Below, one piece after another: positions 30,765-39,642 of a stretch of 64,000 nucleotides of DNA. Made by a program: the position numbers and the translations under genes. A model generated the notes under the pieces. That model did not search any database. It was not told the origin of the DNA and was given only the letters and a program-made list of their open reading frames with translations. The first letter of the stretch is position 1, and every line of letters starts with the position of its first letter. Origin of the DNA: Clostridiales bacterium (GTDB taxonomy: Bacteria > Bacillota > Clostridia > Oscillospirales > UBA644); contig QAKR01000010.1 in the NCBI GenBank assembly GCA_003343705.1, forward strand, positions 3,855 through 67,854, given 5' to 3'.

Positions 30765-30811
30765 TTTTTAATAAAACAATAACTGTTGAGGTAACTTACT
30801 CAACAGTTATT
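30765..30811 (-). terminator. Rho-independent terminator of the 30835..31233 gene
   Basis: Perfect 13-bp stem aataactgttgag / ctcaacagttatt. On the reverse strand it is followed by gttttatt. Confidence 0.65.
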
Positions 30812-30834
30812 ATAAACCCATTTATGTATAAATT

Positions 30835-31233
30835 CTATACTGTTTGTGGTCCCAAATATCTATCTTGATCGAATGCAATAATTGCCATGAAAATTATACT
30901 TAAGAAAATCAAACCCACCGCAAACCCATCACTTTTACCAAAAGCTCTTGAAAGCTTTATCATGGTAATAATAGTGAATACAAAACCTACGATCGGAATC
31001 AACATCATTAAAAACCACCAACCATTACCCCATGTGATTTTATATAAAATATATGCATTATAAAAAGGAATAATTGCTGCCCAACCGGGCTGTCCGGCTT
31101 TTTCGAAAATACGCCAAGTTACTATAATTCCAAATACTGAGACCGCTAAAACAATAAAACCCCAAAATATCATGGCCCCACCCAAAATAGCACCTGCTAC
31201 TTCAGAACCGTATTCATAAGCCTCCACATCCAT
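30835..31233 (-). CDS. Small integral membrane protein (DUF5684-like)
   Basis: WRIFEKAGQPGWAAIIPFYNAYILYKI...GWWFL motif block as I remember it for DUF5684, with four hydrophobic segments. Confidence 0.65.
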   Translation of the reverse strand: MDVEAYEYGSEVAGAILGGAMIFWGFIVLAVSVFGIIVTWRIFEKAGQPGWAAIIPFYNAYILYKITWGNGWWFLMMLIPIVGFVFTIITMIKLSRAFGKSDGFAVGLIFLSIIFMAIIAFDQDRYLGPQTV

Positions 31234-31314
31234 AACTAAATACCCCCAAATAATATTATTTTGACTGTTTACGTCATTGTATATATATTATCATAATAAT
31301 ACATATATGTCAAC

Positions 31315-31360
31315 AAAAATCGGTGTAAAATAAGTTAAAAACTTTTTTACACCGATTTTT
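31315..31360. terminator. Terminator downstream of serA
   Basis: 16-bp inverted repeat aaaaatcggtgtaaaa / ttttacaccgattttt, with T-runs in both orientations. Confidence 0.7.
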
Positions 31361-31368
31361 ATATAAAC

Positions 31369-32538
31369 CTATTTAATTATTCTTACTCTTACAACGCCGT
31401 CTATTTGCTCAATTTTATCAGCCAGCTCTTTATTTTCAAGAGTAGATGCCAAATCAATAATTGCATACGCATTTTGACCTTTAAACTTAGAAAGCATATG
31501 GTCAATATTTATATTGTTCTCGCTAAGTACAGCAGTTATTTGTCCAAGCATTGTCGGTATGTTCTTATGTAAAACACAAATACGAGTCCCTGTACTTCTT
31601 TCACAATCAACATTAGGATAGTTAACGCTGTTGCGAACATTTCCTGAAATAAGATAGTCTGAGAGCTCTTTACATGCCATAACTGCACAGTTATCTTCGC
31701 TTTCCGGAGTAGATGCACCAAGATGAGGTATAGCTATTACGTTTTTCATATTAAGTGTTTTTTGATTGGGAAAATCTGTAACGTAACACGAAACCTTACC
31801 ACTTTCAAGTGCTGATTCGATTGCACTATCGTCTACAAGTTCGCCACGGGCAAAGTTAAGAATACGAACACCGTCTTTCATTTGAGACAAAGCATCAGCA
31901 TTTATTAAACCCTTAGTATCTGCATTATAAGGTACATGAACTGTAATGTAATCACAGTTTGCGTATATATCTTTTACATCTTTTACATTATGTATGCTTC
32001 TTGACATTCTCAATGCGTTATCGACAGAAAGGAATGCATCGTAGCCGTAAACTTCCATACCAAGACGGACTGCAACATTTGCAACTAAAATACCGATTGC
32101 TCCAAGGCCTATTATACCGAGCTTTTTACCGGATATTTCAGGACCTGCAAACTGTGACTTACCTTTTTCTACAAGTTTGCCAACTTCATCCCCGCTGTCC
32201 TTTAATGTTTTCGCCCAGTCGATTGCATCACTGATTTTACGAGAAGAAAGGAGTAGCCCGGCTAAAACAAGTTCTTTAACAGCGTTTGCATTAGCTCCAG
32301 GTGTATTAAAAACAACAATGCCTTTATCAGAACACAAATCCACAGGAATATTGTTTGTACCAGCACCGGCTCTAGCAATTGCGCGTAAAGAATCGTTCAT
32401 CTCATACTCGTGAAGGGATGCCGAACGTACAAGTATTCCGTCAGGATTTTCACACTCGTCAAGTGCTGTAAAGATATTTTTATCAAGAAGATCCAAGCCT
32501 ATATCAGCAATTTTATTAAATTTTCTTATTGTATACAT
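31369..32538 (-). CDS. serA: D-3-phosphoglycerate dehydrogenase (with C-terminal ACT domain)
   Basis: 2-hydroxyacid dehydrogenase NAD fold GIIGLGAIG, catalytic HLGAST, and a C-terminal ACT-like region. It is adjacent to serC. Confidence 0.85.
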   Translation of the reverse strand: MYTIRKFNKIADIGLDLLDKNIFTALDECENPDGILVRSASLHEYEMNDSLRAIARAGAGTNNIPVDLCSDKGIVVFNTPGANANAVKELVLAGLLLSSRKISDAIDWAKTLKDSGDEVGKLVEKGKSQFAGPEISGKKLGIIGLGAIGILVANVAVRLGMEVYGYDAFLSVDNALRMSRSIHNVKDVKDIYANCDYITVHVPYNADTKGLINADALSQMKDGVRILNFARGELVDDSAIESALESGKVSCYVTDFPNQKTLNMKNVIAIPHLGASTPESEDNCAVMACKELSDYLISGNVRNSVNYPNVDCERSTGTRICVLHKNIPTMLGQITAVLSENNINIDHMLSKFKGQNAYAIIDLASTLENKELADKIEQIDGVVRVRIIK

Positions 32539-32540
32539 TA

Positions 32541-33617
32541 TTAGTTATTCCTTTCAAATTCCTGCATAAAGGCAATAAGCTTTTCCACACCTTCAACAGG
32601 CATTGCATTATAAATACTTGCTCTCATGCCTCCGACAGATCTGTGGCCCTTAAGATTTACAAAACCAGCTGCTGTTGCTTCTTTGACAAATTTAGCATCA
32701 AGTTCCTCGTTACCTGTTACAAACGGGATATTCATAATTGAACGATCCTGGCCCATAACAGTCGGATTAAACATTTTAGAATTATCTAAATAATCATAAA
32801 ACATATTTGCTTTTTTATAATTGATTTCCGCCATTTTATCAAGTCCACCCAGTTCTTTAATCCATTCAAGAACAAGTTTGCAAATATAAATTGCATATGT
32901 AGGCGGGGTGTTATACATTGAATCGTTTTTAGCATGTATTTGGTATTTAAACATTGTGGGAGTTATATCCATAGGTTCTGTTATTAAGTCTTCACGTATA
33001 ATAACAACAGTCAAGCCGGCAGGCCCCATATTCTTTTGCGCACCTGCAAAAATAAGACCGAATTTAGAAACATCGACAGGTTCGCTGAGTATGCATGACG
33101 ACATGTCTGAAACAAGAGGGACATCTCCAGTGTCAGGAAGTTCAGCAAAACGTGTACCGTATATTGTATTGTTTTGGCAGATATAAAAATAATCTGCATC
33201 TGCATCGAATTTACTTTTGTCAAGCTCTGGAATGTAATTGTATGTCTTGTCTTTGGAGGATCCGACTACATTAACTGTACCATAACGTGATGCTTCTTCA
33301 AAAGCTTTATTTGCCCATTGACCGGTAATAACTAAATCTATTTTCTTTTTCTTCATAAGGTTCATGGGAATCATTGCAAATTGAGAAGATGCACCGCCTT
33401 GTAAAAATAATACTTTATAATTATCCGGAATATTCATAACTTCACGCAAAAGTGTTTCACATCCAGAAATTATGCTTTCATATACTTTAGAACGGTGGCT
33501 CATTTCCATAACGGATTGGCCGCTCTCACCATAACAAAGCATCTCACTTTGTGCTTTTCTTAATACTTCTTCAGGAAGCATCGAAGGACCTGCTGAAAAA
33601 TTATAAACTCTGCTCAT
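32541..33617 (-). CDS. serC: Phosphoserine aminotransferase
   Basis: YNFSAGPSMLPEEVL N-terminus, FLQGGASSQF, and AGAQKNMGPAGLTVVIIRE (PLP Lys), all typical of SerC. Confidence 0.9.
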   Translation of the reverse strand: MSRVYNFSAGPSMLPEEVLRKAQSEMLCYGESGQSVMEMSHRSKVYESIISGCETLLREVMNIPDNYKVLFLQGGASSQFAMIPMNLMKKKKIDLVITGQWANKAFEEASRYGTVNVVGSSKDKTYNYIPELDKSKFDADADYFYICQNNTIYGTRFAELPDTGDVPLVSDMSSCILSEPVDVSKFGLIFAGAQKNMGPAGLTVVIIREDLITEPMDITPTMFKYQIHAKNDSMYNTPPTYAIYICKLVLEWIKELGGLDKMAEINYKKANMFYDYLDNSKMFNPTVMGQDRSIMNIPFVTGNEELDAKFVKEATAAGFVNLKGHRSVGGMRASIYNAMPVEGVEKLIAFMQEFERNN

Positions 33618-33653
33618 TTTCTACTCCTCCAAAATAATCTTTTAATAAATATA

Positions 33654-33682
33654 ATTATACACATTATTTTATTATATGTCAA
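33654..33682 (-). promoter_or_regulatory. Consensus sigma-A promoter of serC-serA
   Basis: Reverse strand TTGACA (33682-33677), 17 nt, then TATAAT (33659-33654). Confidence 0.6.
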
Positions 33683-33806
33683 GAGTAATTTTCCTAAATT
33701 GGCAAATAATTAACAAACTTTTTTTCATCCTCCTATTTACTTTTTGATTTTAATATTGTATAATGTATATATGGAGGAATTATTATGAAAAAAACTATTA
33801 AGTTTA

Positions 33807-34427
33807 ATGCTTATATGCATTATTATATTCAGTTTTTCATCTGCATTTTATGGTGAAGAGCTTATGAAATTTACAGTTGAAGGTGCGTCCGGAGGCGTAG
33901 GTGAAATTGTAACAGTTAATATTAAGTTAAGTGAAAAATCAAATATTACTGAAATGCTTTTAACGCTTTATTATGATTCAGATTATTTAAAATTTAGAGA
34001 TTTTTTTGTAGGAGATATTCTCAAACAAGGCATTTATGAATTTAATGAGAAGTTAGATAGCCGAATGAAGTTTGCATATATTTCAGCTAATCCTCTTATA
34101 CAAGGTTCTACTATTTTAAGCATTTCGTTTGAGATCATAAATGCCGCTGAAAATAACAAGGAAGTGCCGCTGACGTTGCAGATAGACGAAGCTGCAAACG
34201 GCAATACGGCACTGGAGTATAAGGTGGAAAATGGGTCTGTTATTATAGACAACACACAGACACTTAAGCGAGGGGACGCAAACGGAGATGGCGTTTTTAA
34301 CATGGACGACCTTGAGTTTGTTAAAAATTATATATTAGGCAAGGACAATCTTGCTAAAAATTTCGATCTTAACGGAGATTCTGTTTGCGATATCTGTGAG
34401 TATATAAAACTTCGTGATATGTTATAA
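33807..34427 (+). CDS. Small scaffoldin-like protein: one cohesin module + one C-terminal dockerin (5' end has a frame problem, see findings)
   Basis: A ~140-aa cohesin-like module (EIVTVNIKLS...LLTLYYDSDYLKF...ILSISFEIINA...VENGSVII) followed by the dockerin GDANGDGVFNMDDLEFVKNYILG...DLNGDSVCDICEYIKL. The in-frame ATG at 33807 has no SD. The SD-linked ATG at 33785 is in another frame. Confidence 0.75.
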   Translation: MLICIIIFSFSSAFYGEELMKFTVEGASGGVGEIVTVNIKLSEKSNITEMLLTLYYDSDYLKFRDFFVGDILKQGIYEFNEKLDSRMKFAYISANPLIQGSTILSISFEIINAAENNKEVPLTLQIDEAANGNTALEYKVENGSVIIDNTQTLKRGDANGDGVFNMDDLEFVKNYILGKDNLAKNFDLNGDSVCDICEYIKLRDML

Positions 34428-34553
34428 CTTTAACAAGCTTAAGCCACATCATCTTAAAAAATATATTTTGCAAGTTTTTAAGAATATGGTTAAACGATAG
34501 ATTAAATCTTACGTCATTCAATGTTTTAATATTATAAGAGCTCTTAAGCCTCA

Positions 34554-34805
34554 CTATTTTTTCATATTTGCAAATTTTTGTTTTGTCGCCTGTCCTCCGC
34601 GGATATGACGTTCTGCCTTATTTTTATCCAAAACACGACGAACTCGCGTAAACATATATGGGCTTATTTGCTCAAGACGCTCACTGACATCCTTATGAAC
34701 AGTAGATTTTGAAACTCCAAAACGTTTTGCAGCGTCACGCACTGTTGCATTTTGCTCGCAGATATATTCAGCAAGTGTCAAAACCCTTTGTTTTATGTAA
34801 TCCAT
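34554..34805 (-). CDS. spoIIID: Sporulation transcriptional regulator SpoIIID
   Basis: An 83-aa HTH protein. IKQRVL..A.YI....ATVR.AAK.FGVSKSTVHKDV.ERL and ...NKAERHIRGG..T is near-identical in pattern to Bacillus/Clostridium SpoIIID. Confidence 0.92.
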   Translation of the reverse strand: MDYIKQRVLTLAEYICEQNATVRDAAKRFGVSKSTVHKDVSERLEQISPYMFTRVRRVLDKNKAERHIRGGQATKQKFANMKK

Positions 34806-34806
34806 T

Positions 34807-34856
34807 AAAATCCCTCCGGTTTATTGTTATATTTAACAATATGCCGGAGGGATTTT
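34807..34856 (-). promoter_or_regulatory. Perfect 13-bp hairpin whose 3' arm contains the spoIIID Shine-Dalgarno
   Basis: Reverse strand reads aaaatccctccgg, a 24-nt loop with an inner tattgtt/aacaata stem, ccggagggatttt, then aATG. GGAGGG is the only SD for spoIIID. Confidence 0.6.
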
Positions 34857-34899
34857 ATTTATTCGGAGTTATATAAGTACTTTTTAATAATAATATATT

Positions 34900-34943
34900 T
34901 TTTTAATTATATAAATAAATGTTGAGGTTAAACCTCAACATTT
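34900..34943 (-). terminator. Terminator of the NagB-like gene / end of the island
   Basis: 11-bp stem aaatgttgagg / cctcaacattt, 5-nt loop, and an AT/T-rich tail on the reverse strand, 18 nt after the stop. Confidence 0.6.
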
Positions 34944-34960
34944 ATCATATAGCCTATTTA

Positions 34961-35899
34961 TTAATTACATTCTGCAGTCAACGGACCGGCAAGCTCTTTA
35001 AGATAAAACAGTTTACCGGGAAGTGTAGGTATAAACGTAGAAGTGATGTGCATATCAGGGCCGTAATGGAGCGTTGTAAGGAAGCTCATACCCTGCCAAG
35101 ACATTCCTCTGCCGAGCATGCCGTCAGCCCCACCAATAGCATAATCAGCCTGCAAGAAGAGACCGGGACCTATTGTGTTGGCACGGCACGGTACCAATGT
35201 TGTTCGTGATTTGAAGCTGGTAATAGCATTTTGTTCTATTGTAAGCGGATGAAGCTTTGCACCAATACGGTAATTTTGCTGTTTCCATTCTTCAACGCTC
35301 TTGAATTCAGCTGCAAATTGAGGCTCCCAAAATGCGATATGGCACATTCTGCCTATACCGTATATTAAAACAAGCTTAACGCCTTCGGCTTTAAGTTTTG
35401 CAATTTTTTCAGGATATGTAGGAAGATTTGTTTTTGTTGCAAAATTTCTCTGACTTTCGGGAACTGTTAATTTACCGAGTTTATTAAAGAAAGCTTCTTT
35501 CATTGAATATTCAAAAGAAGCGGGGTCTGTGGATGGCAATGTGTTACCATCCCCGTCTGCCCATTCGTCCATATTAAAAGTATAAACATGTGAGCATGAA
35601 ACATTCCATTCTTTTAGGAAGTAAACAGCCCATTTATACATACCCATCGGTCCGACAGGAATTATCATTGCGAGTTTTTCACCTTTATCGCCGGCCTTTT
35701 TAATCTGCATTGCAATTTCATGCCCCATAAGAGTATCAAAATCGTTTATGTTGTCGCAAGGGATAGGTTTAAATTTCTTGTTCCAGAAGTTTTCTTTTTT
35801 AACGCCTTTTTCACAGCAGGCGTCGATTTTCGCCATATCCCATCCTTGCGGATAAAATCCGTCAAGAAGAGAATCTTTAACGGTAGACATAAAATCCAT
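34961..35899 (-). CDS. NagB/6-phosphogluconolactonase-superfamily sugar-phosphate deaminase/isomerase-like protein (312 aa)
   Basis: FNMDEW (compare NLDEY of NagB) and [15 protein letters not shown] (compare GIGxxGHIAFNEP). It is longer than canonical NagB. GGAGG SD. Confidence 0.65.
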   Translation of the reverse strand: MDFMSTVKDSLLDGFYPQGWDMAKIDACCEKGVKKENFWNKKFKPIPCDNINDFDTLMGHEIAMQIKKAGDKGEKLAMIIPVGPMGMYKWAVYFLKEWNVSCSHVYTFNMDEWADGDGNTLPSTDPASFEYSMKEAFFNKLGKLTVPESQRNFATKTNLPTYPEKIAKLKAEGVKLVLIYGIGRMCHIAFWEPQFAAEFKSVEEWKQQNYRIGAKLHPLTIEQNAITSFKSRTTLVPCRANTIGPGLFLQADYAIGGADGMLGRGMSWQGMSFLTTLHYGPDMHITSTFIPTLPGKLFYLKELAGPLTAECN

Positions 35900-35917
35900 A
35901 ATATTACCTCCAAATTA

Positions 35918-36895
35918 TTATTCGTTAATATAATCAAGTGCAGCCATTATACCTTTTTTAATAGCCGTGGTATCTTTACCATGTTTTGAACAAAGCTTTA
36001 ATGCACCCAAAAGTCTGTCATTAGGTGCTAGTTTTCTTTCGGTTTCACGGCCTACTCGCTTTGTAGTATCGCCGAGATATTTATTCTTAAAACGAAACAT
36101 TAAATCATCAGCATAAGCCAAAACTTCTTCTTTGGGCTTATTGTGCTCTTCAGCCAGAGACTCGGCAGAAGCGTACATGGCTTGTTTTACTGTTTGAGAT
36201 ATTTCTTCGTCTCCCATTGCCTGCCAAATATATTCATATCCCTTTTGCATACCTGTATATGCAGCAAGGGCATGCCCCATATTATGCAAAAACAGTTTAG
36301 ACTGAATATAGTATTCAAACGGCTCTGACGGTACCATTCCTTTAATCTCAGGAATAGGGTTTTTAAAAGCAGCTTTGTCAACGGGCAAGGTACAAAACGG
36401 TTCAACCCAGACTTTGTTTATATCACCTTCGCGCATTTCATCTGTCATAACAGGGACCATTCTCCCGACGCTTGCCTCAACAAAACCAACATCATCGCGG
36501 TTAAGATCCATAAGGTCTTTAAGATATTTGTCGGCATTCATAAGGTTTTCACAGATAATAATGTCAACGCCTTTTTCACGTTTTTCAATACCTTCTGCAA
36601 GAACTGGAGCTATATACGGTAAAACACGAACTCCTGCGGACGTAAAAATAATATCCGCTGTAGCTATCTCGTCAACCGCGTCATTTGAATGTACGGCACG
36701 AACGTTTTTTATAATTATTTCCTCTTGTTTTTCATTAGAAACAATTTTTATTGGGTAACATTTATCGGCATTGATTTTATCTATCATTGCCTGATTAACA
36801 TCAATAAAAACCGTTTCAAATCCGCTTTGATATAAAAGCTGACCTAAAAAACCTCTGCCGATATTACCTCCGCCGTAAACAATTGCTTTTTTCAT
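35918..36895 (-). CDS. Mannitol-dehydrogenase-family (MtlD-like) NAD-dependent polyol/sugar-phosphate dehydrogenase
   Basis: MKKAIVYGGGNIGRGFLGQLL matches the MtlD N-terminal GAGNIGRGF motif. I prefer the ATG at 36895, because the track start at 36928 adds 11 residues. Confidence 0.65.
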   Translation of the reverse strand: MKKAIVYGGGNIGRGFLGQLLYQSGFETVFIDVNQAMIDKINADKCYPIKIVSNEKQEEIIIKNVRAVHSNDAVDEIATADIIFTSAGVRVLPYIAPVLAEGIEKREKGVDIIICENLMNADKYLKDLMDLNRDDVGFVEASVGRMVPVMTDEMREGDINKVWVEPFCTLPVDKAAFKNPIPEIKGMVPSEPFEYYIQSKLFLHNMGHALAAYTGMQKGYEYIWQAMGDEEISQTVKQAMYASAESLAEEHNKPKEEVLAYADDLMFRFKNKYLGDTTKRVGRETERKLAPNDRLLGALKLCSKHGKDTTAIKKGIMAALDYINE

Positions 36896-36924
36896 AATTT
36901 TTAAGTGTCCTTTCTTTTGCTGTT

Positions 36925-37872
36925 TCAACCTGCTTCATGAGTTCTCATATATTCACAGATTTCTTCATAACTTTTAATTCCTGTAGATGCGCCTTTTGCC
37001 ATTATACAAAACGTTCCAACGGCGTTTGCAAGCTTTCCGCAATCTTTAAAAGAAAATCCTTTTGCAAGACCCGTTAAAAATCCTGCACAAAAACTATCAC
37101 CTGCACCGGTTGTATCAACCACTTTTTCTTTTGTGTAAGTAGGAAGATAGATGGGATCAGAATCTTTTGTTTCACGGATATATGCACCGTGTTTACCGTT
37201 TTTGATAACAACGTGTTTTACACCCTTGTCAAAGAAACAGTCTGCAATTTTATCCAAATCTTCTGTCCCCGCAAGCTTTGCTGCTTCATCAATTGAAGGC
37301 ATAAAAACGTCAACATATTGAAGGCAAGGCTCTAAAAGGCTCATCCAGCGATTTTTACTGTCCCATGCAGTGTCAAGGACAGTCATTTTACACATTTCAC
37401 GAGCTTTTTTTAGTGTTCTGGCACAACCGTCTCCGTCAAACGCGTCTAACAGCATCGTTCCGGCAACAAAGACTATTTTTGATTTTTGTATAACATCAAA
37501 GTTAACGTCATTGAAGTCGTATGTTCCGTTTGCGCCGACACAGTGTAAAAACGAACGCTCACCGGTTGATGAAGATAATACAACGGAAGCTGATGTTTGT
37601 GTTTTATTATCAACAACGATCCCATCCACATCAACACCATATTTCACAAGCTCATCTTTAAGAAACGCACCGAAGCTGTCGTTCCCTATCTTGCCCAGAA
37701 CAGCTGTCTTTATACCGATTTTTGCCATGTCTATGCCTGCATTCATCGCACAGCCGCCCGAAAATGTTTCTATACTGTCAACTCTTTCCAAAAGACCGGC
37801 TTCGGGAACTTTATCAACCGGCTTTGTGATAACATCAGCAACAAGGTTGCCTATGCAAGCAACGTCAATCAC
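36925..37872 (-). CDS. PfkB-family carbohydrate kinase
   Basis: Ribokinase-fold motifs GGCAMNAG and DTTGAGDSFCAGFLTGL. The GTG start after AAGGAGG overlaps the upstream stop (GTGA). Confidence 0.8.
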   Translation of the reverse strand: MIDVACIGNLVADVITKPVDKVPEAGLLERVDSIETFSGGCAMNAGIDMAKIGIKTAVLGKIGNDSFGAFLKDELVKYGVDVDGIVVDNKTQTSASVVLSSSTGERSFLHCVGANGTYDFNDVNFDVIQKSKIVFVAGTMLLDAFDGDGCARTLKKAREMCKMTVLDTAWDSKNRWMSLLEPCLQYVDVFMPSIDEAAKLAGTEDLDKIADCFFDKGVKHVVIKNGKHGAYIRETKDSDPIYLPTYTKEKVVDTTGAGDSFCAGFLTGLAKGFSFKDCGKLANAVGTFCIMAKGASTGIKSYEEICEYMRTHEAG

Positions 37873-38567
37873 GGCAATAACCTCCTTGGTTGAACCTTCG
37901 GATAAACAAACGCTTGAGTAAATGCTTCAGCGTATTGCACGCCGCATTGTAATCCCCTGTATTTTGCGCAAGTTCTGACAAAATCCGCAAAATCGATATT
38001 ATCGTGATCACGCATCCACTTTAATTGGCTTTCATGGCACTCAAGCATTTCAAGTTTAAGGTCGAATGTATCTGTTATATCAACATATTCTGTTGGATTA
38101 AACCCATGTCCTGCAAGATTATCCATATAGTAAAGGGGAACAACCTTTGCTGCTTTTCCGGTTCCGTAATGGGGGACAGTTGCTGCAAAAGACGCATCAA
38201 AAACAAGTCTACTTACCGCAACATGGTCACACATATAGTCCGTGGGAGCATGTGTTATTATAAGGTCAGGATCGGCATAACGTATAACATCAATGATTTT
38301 ATTACGCTGATCCATATCGCCGCCGTTTACCAAAAGGTCACCTATATCGCAGGTTATAACCTCTATCCCTGCAAGCTCCCCTGCCCTTTTTGCTTCGCCG
38401 ATACGGATTTTTCTTAACTCGTCCGGCATTAAAACCTCATGGCCCATATTGCCGTTGGCAACATGGCAAACAACAACTTTATCGCCGCGTTTTGCACATT
38501 TTGCAAGAGTTCCGGCGCAATTTATTTCCATATCGTCGGGATGGCACCCGATTGCAAGTACGTTCAT
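37869..38567 (-). CDS. PIG-L/LmbE-family N-acetyl-sugar deacetylase
   Basis: AIGCHPDDMEINCAGTLAK and HxxH-type metal ligands (ITHAPTDYMCDH) are typical of PIG-L deacetylases. Confidence 0.75.
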   Translation of the reverse strand: MNVLAIGCHPDDMEINCAGTLAKCAKRGDKVVVCHVANGNMGHEVLMPDELRKIRIGEAKRAGELAGIEVITCDIGDLLVNGGDMDQRNKIIDVIRYADPDLIITHAPTDYMCDHVAVSRLVFDASFAATVPHYGTGKAAKVVPLYYMDNLAGHGFNPTEYVDITDTFDLKLEMLECHESQLKWMRDHDNIDFADFVRTCAKYRGLQCGVQYAEAFTQAFVYPKVQPRRLLP

Positions 38568-38604
38568 ATAAATACCTCTTCTCGGTCAACAAAAAACCAC
38601 TATT

Positions 38605-39546
38605 TTATTTATTCCAGTTCCATGGCATCAGAATACGCTCATCAACGTCAGAGAAAATCTCCAAAATTTTTGAACGTGTGCTGTCGGAAATTCCCGAAGC
38701 GTTTGTGAGAACAAGATTTTCCTTAACCTGATCGGGAGTTTCACTACCCAAAACAAGGGAGGTAACACCGTCAAGATCACGAATGAAAGTTAAGGCTATT
38801 TCAGCAATGGATTTATTTTCTTCTTCCGAAAGTTTGCGCAGTTTTCTTAAAGGTTCTTTTGCAAGCTGTAAAACACCTTCCGGAAGTGTTTCAGGGTCAC
38901 GGAAGAAAAGCCCCTGTAAAAACACGCTTCTTATAAAGACTATAATATCTGCTTTCTTCAACTTTTCAAGCCCGCCGCAAAGAACGTTTTTAGTATCCAT
39001 CATATTAAGCGGAAGTTGAACAGCTTCATAAAGATCGTTTTTAACAACATCGTCTATGTATTTTGTAGAATTAAGAGAAACACCGACACGCTCAATCAAA
39101 CCTTCACTTTTAAGCTTTTTAAGAGCATTAGGTAAAACGTCACCGTAATCAAACATTTCACTTTCACGGTGAAACATTAGAAGAGGGAGTTTATTATAAC
39201 CGAGCGTCTCAAGTGAATTTTCAACCTGTGCCCGCAAAATTTTCTCAACGTCTTCAAGAGCTGCTGTTTTACCGGTATCTATCATTATTTTAAATTTTGT
39301 TACAATGGTAGGCTTTTTCCCTTTATAAGATTTAAAAAAGTCACCTACAACCTTCTCGCTGTCACCATAACCGGAAGCAGTGTCAACAACTTCAATACCA
39401 CCTTCACATGCTGTAGAAAGAATTTGTGCTGCAGTTTCTGTGGATGGTTTACCAAAAGTATTGTTGATACCGTAGTTTAAACCGAGTTGAACGGCACCGA
39501 GAGAAAGCTCAGATATTTCAAGGCCTCTTTGTGTGACTGTTTTCAT
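38605..39546 (-). CDS. Aldo/keto reductase
   Basis: LSLGAVQLG...IEVVDTASGYGDSEKVVG and a C-terminal LVLGSETPDQVKEN are typical of the AKR fold. Confidence 0.75.
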   Translation of the reverse strand: MKTVTQRGLEISELSLGAVQLGLNYGINNTFGKPSTETAAQILSTACEGGIEVVDTASGYGDSEKVVGDFFKSYKGKKPTIVTKFKIMIDTGKTAALEDVEKILRAQVENSLETLGYNKLPLLMFHRESEMFDYGDVLPNALKKLKSEGLIERVGVSLNSTKYIDDVVKNDLYEAVQLPLNMMDTKNVLCGGLEKLKKADIIVFIRSVFLQGLFFRDPETLPEGVLQLAKEPLRKLRKLSEEENKSIAEIALTFIRDLDGVTSLVLGSETPDQVKENLVLTNASGISDSTRSKILEIFSDVDERILMPWNWNK

Positions 39547-39642
39547 AAAATATAAACATCCCTTTCTTCGGAACTGTACCTATCAAAAATATATTTTTTA
39601 GTACAAGCCCCCGCTTGAAAGAATTATCTTCCAAAATATTTA

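Noticed and set aside
37370-37921. 183-aa plus-strand ORF antisense to the PfkB kinase gene
   Set aside because: The opposite strand has clear ribokinase-family motifs and SD-coupled starts. The antisense product is Ser/Thr/Pro-rich noise.
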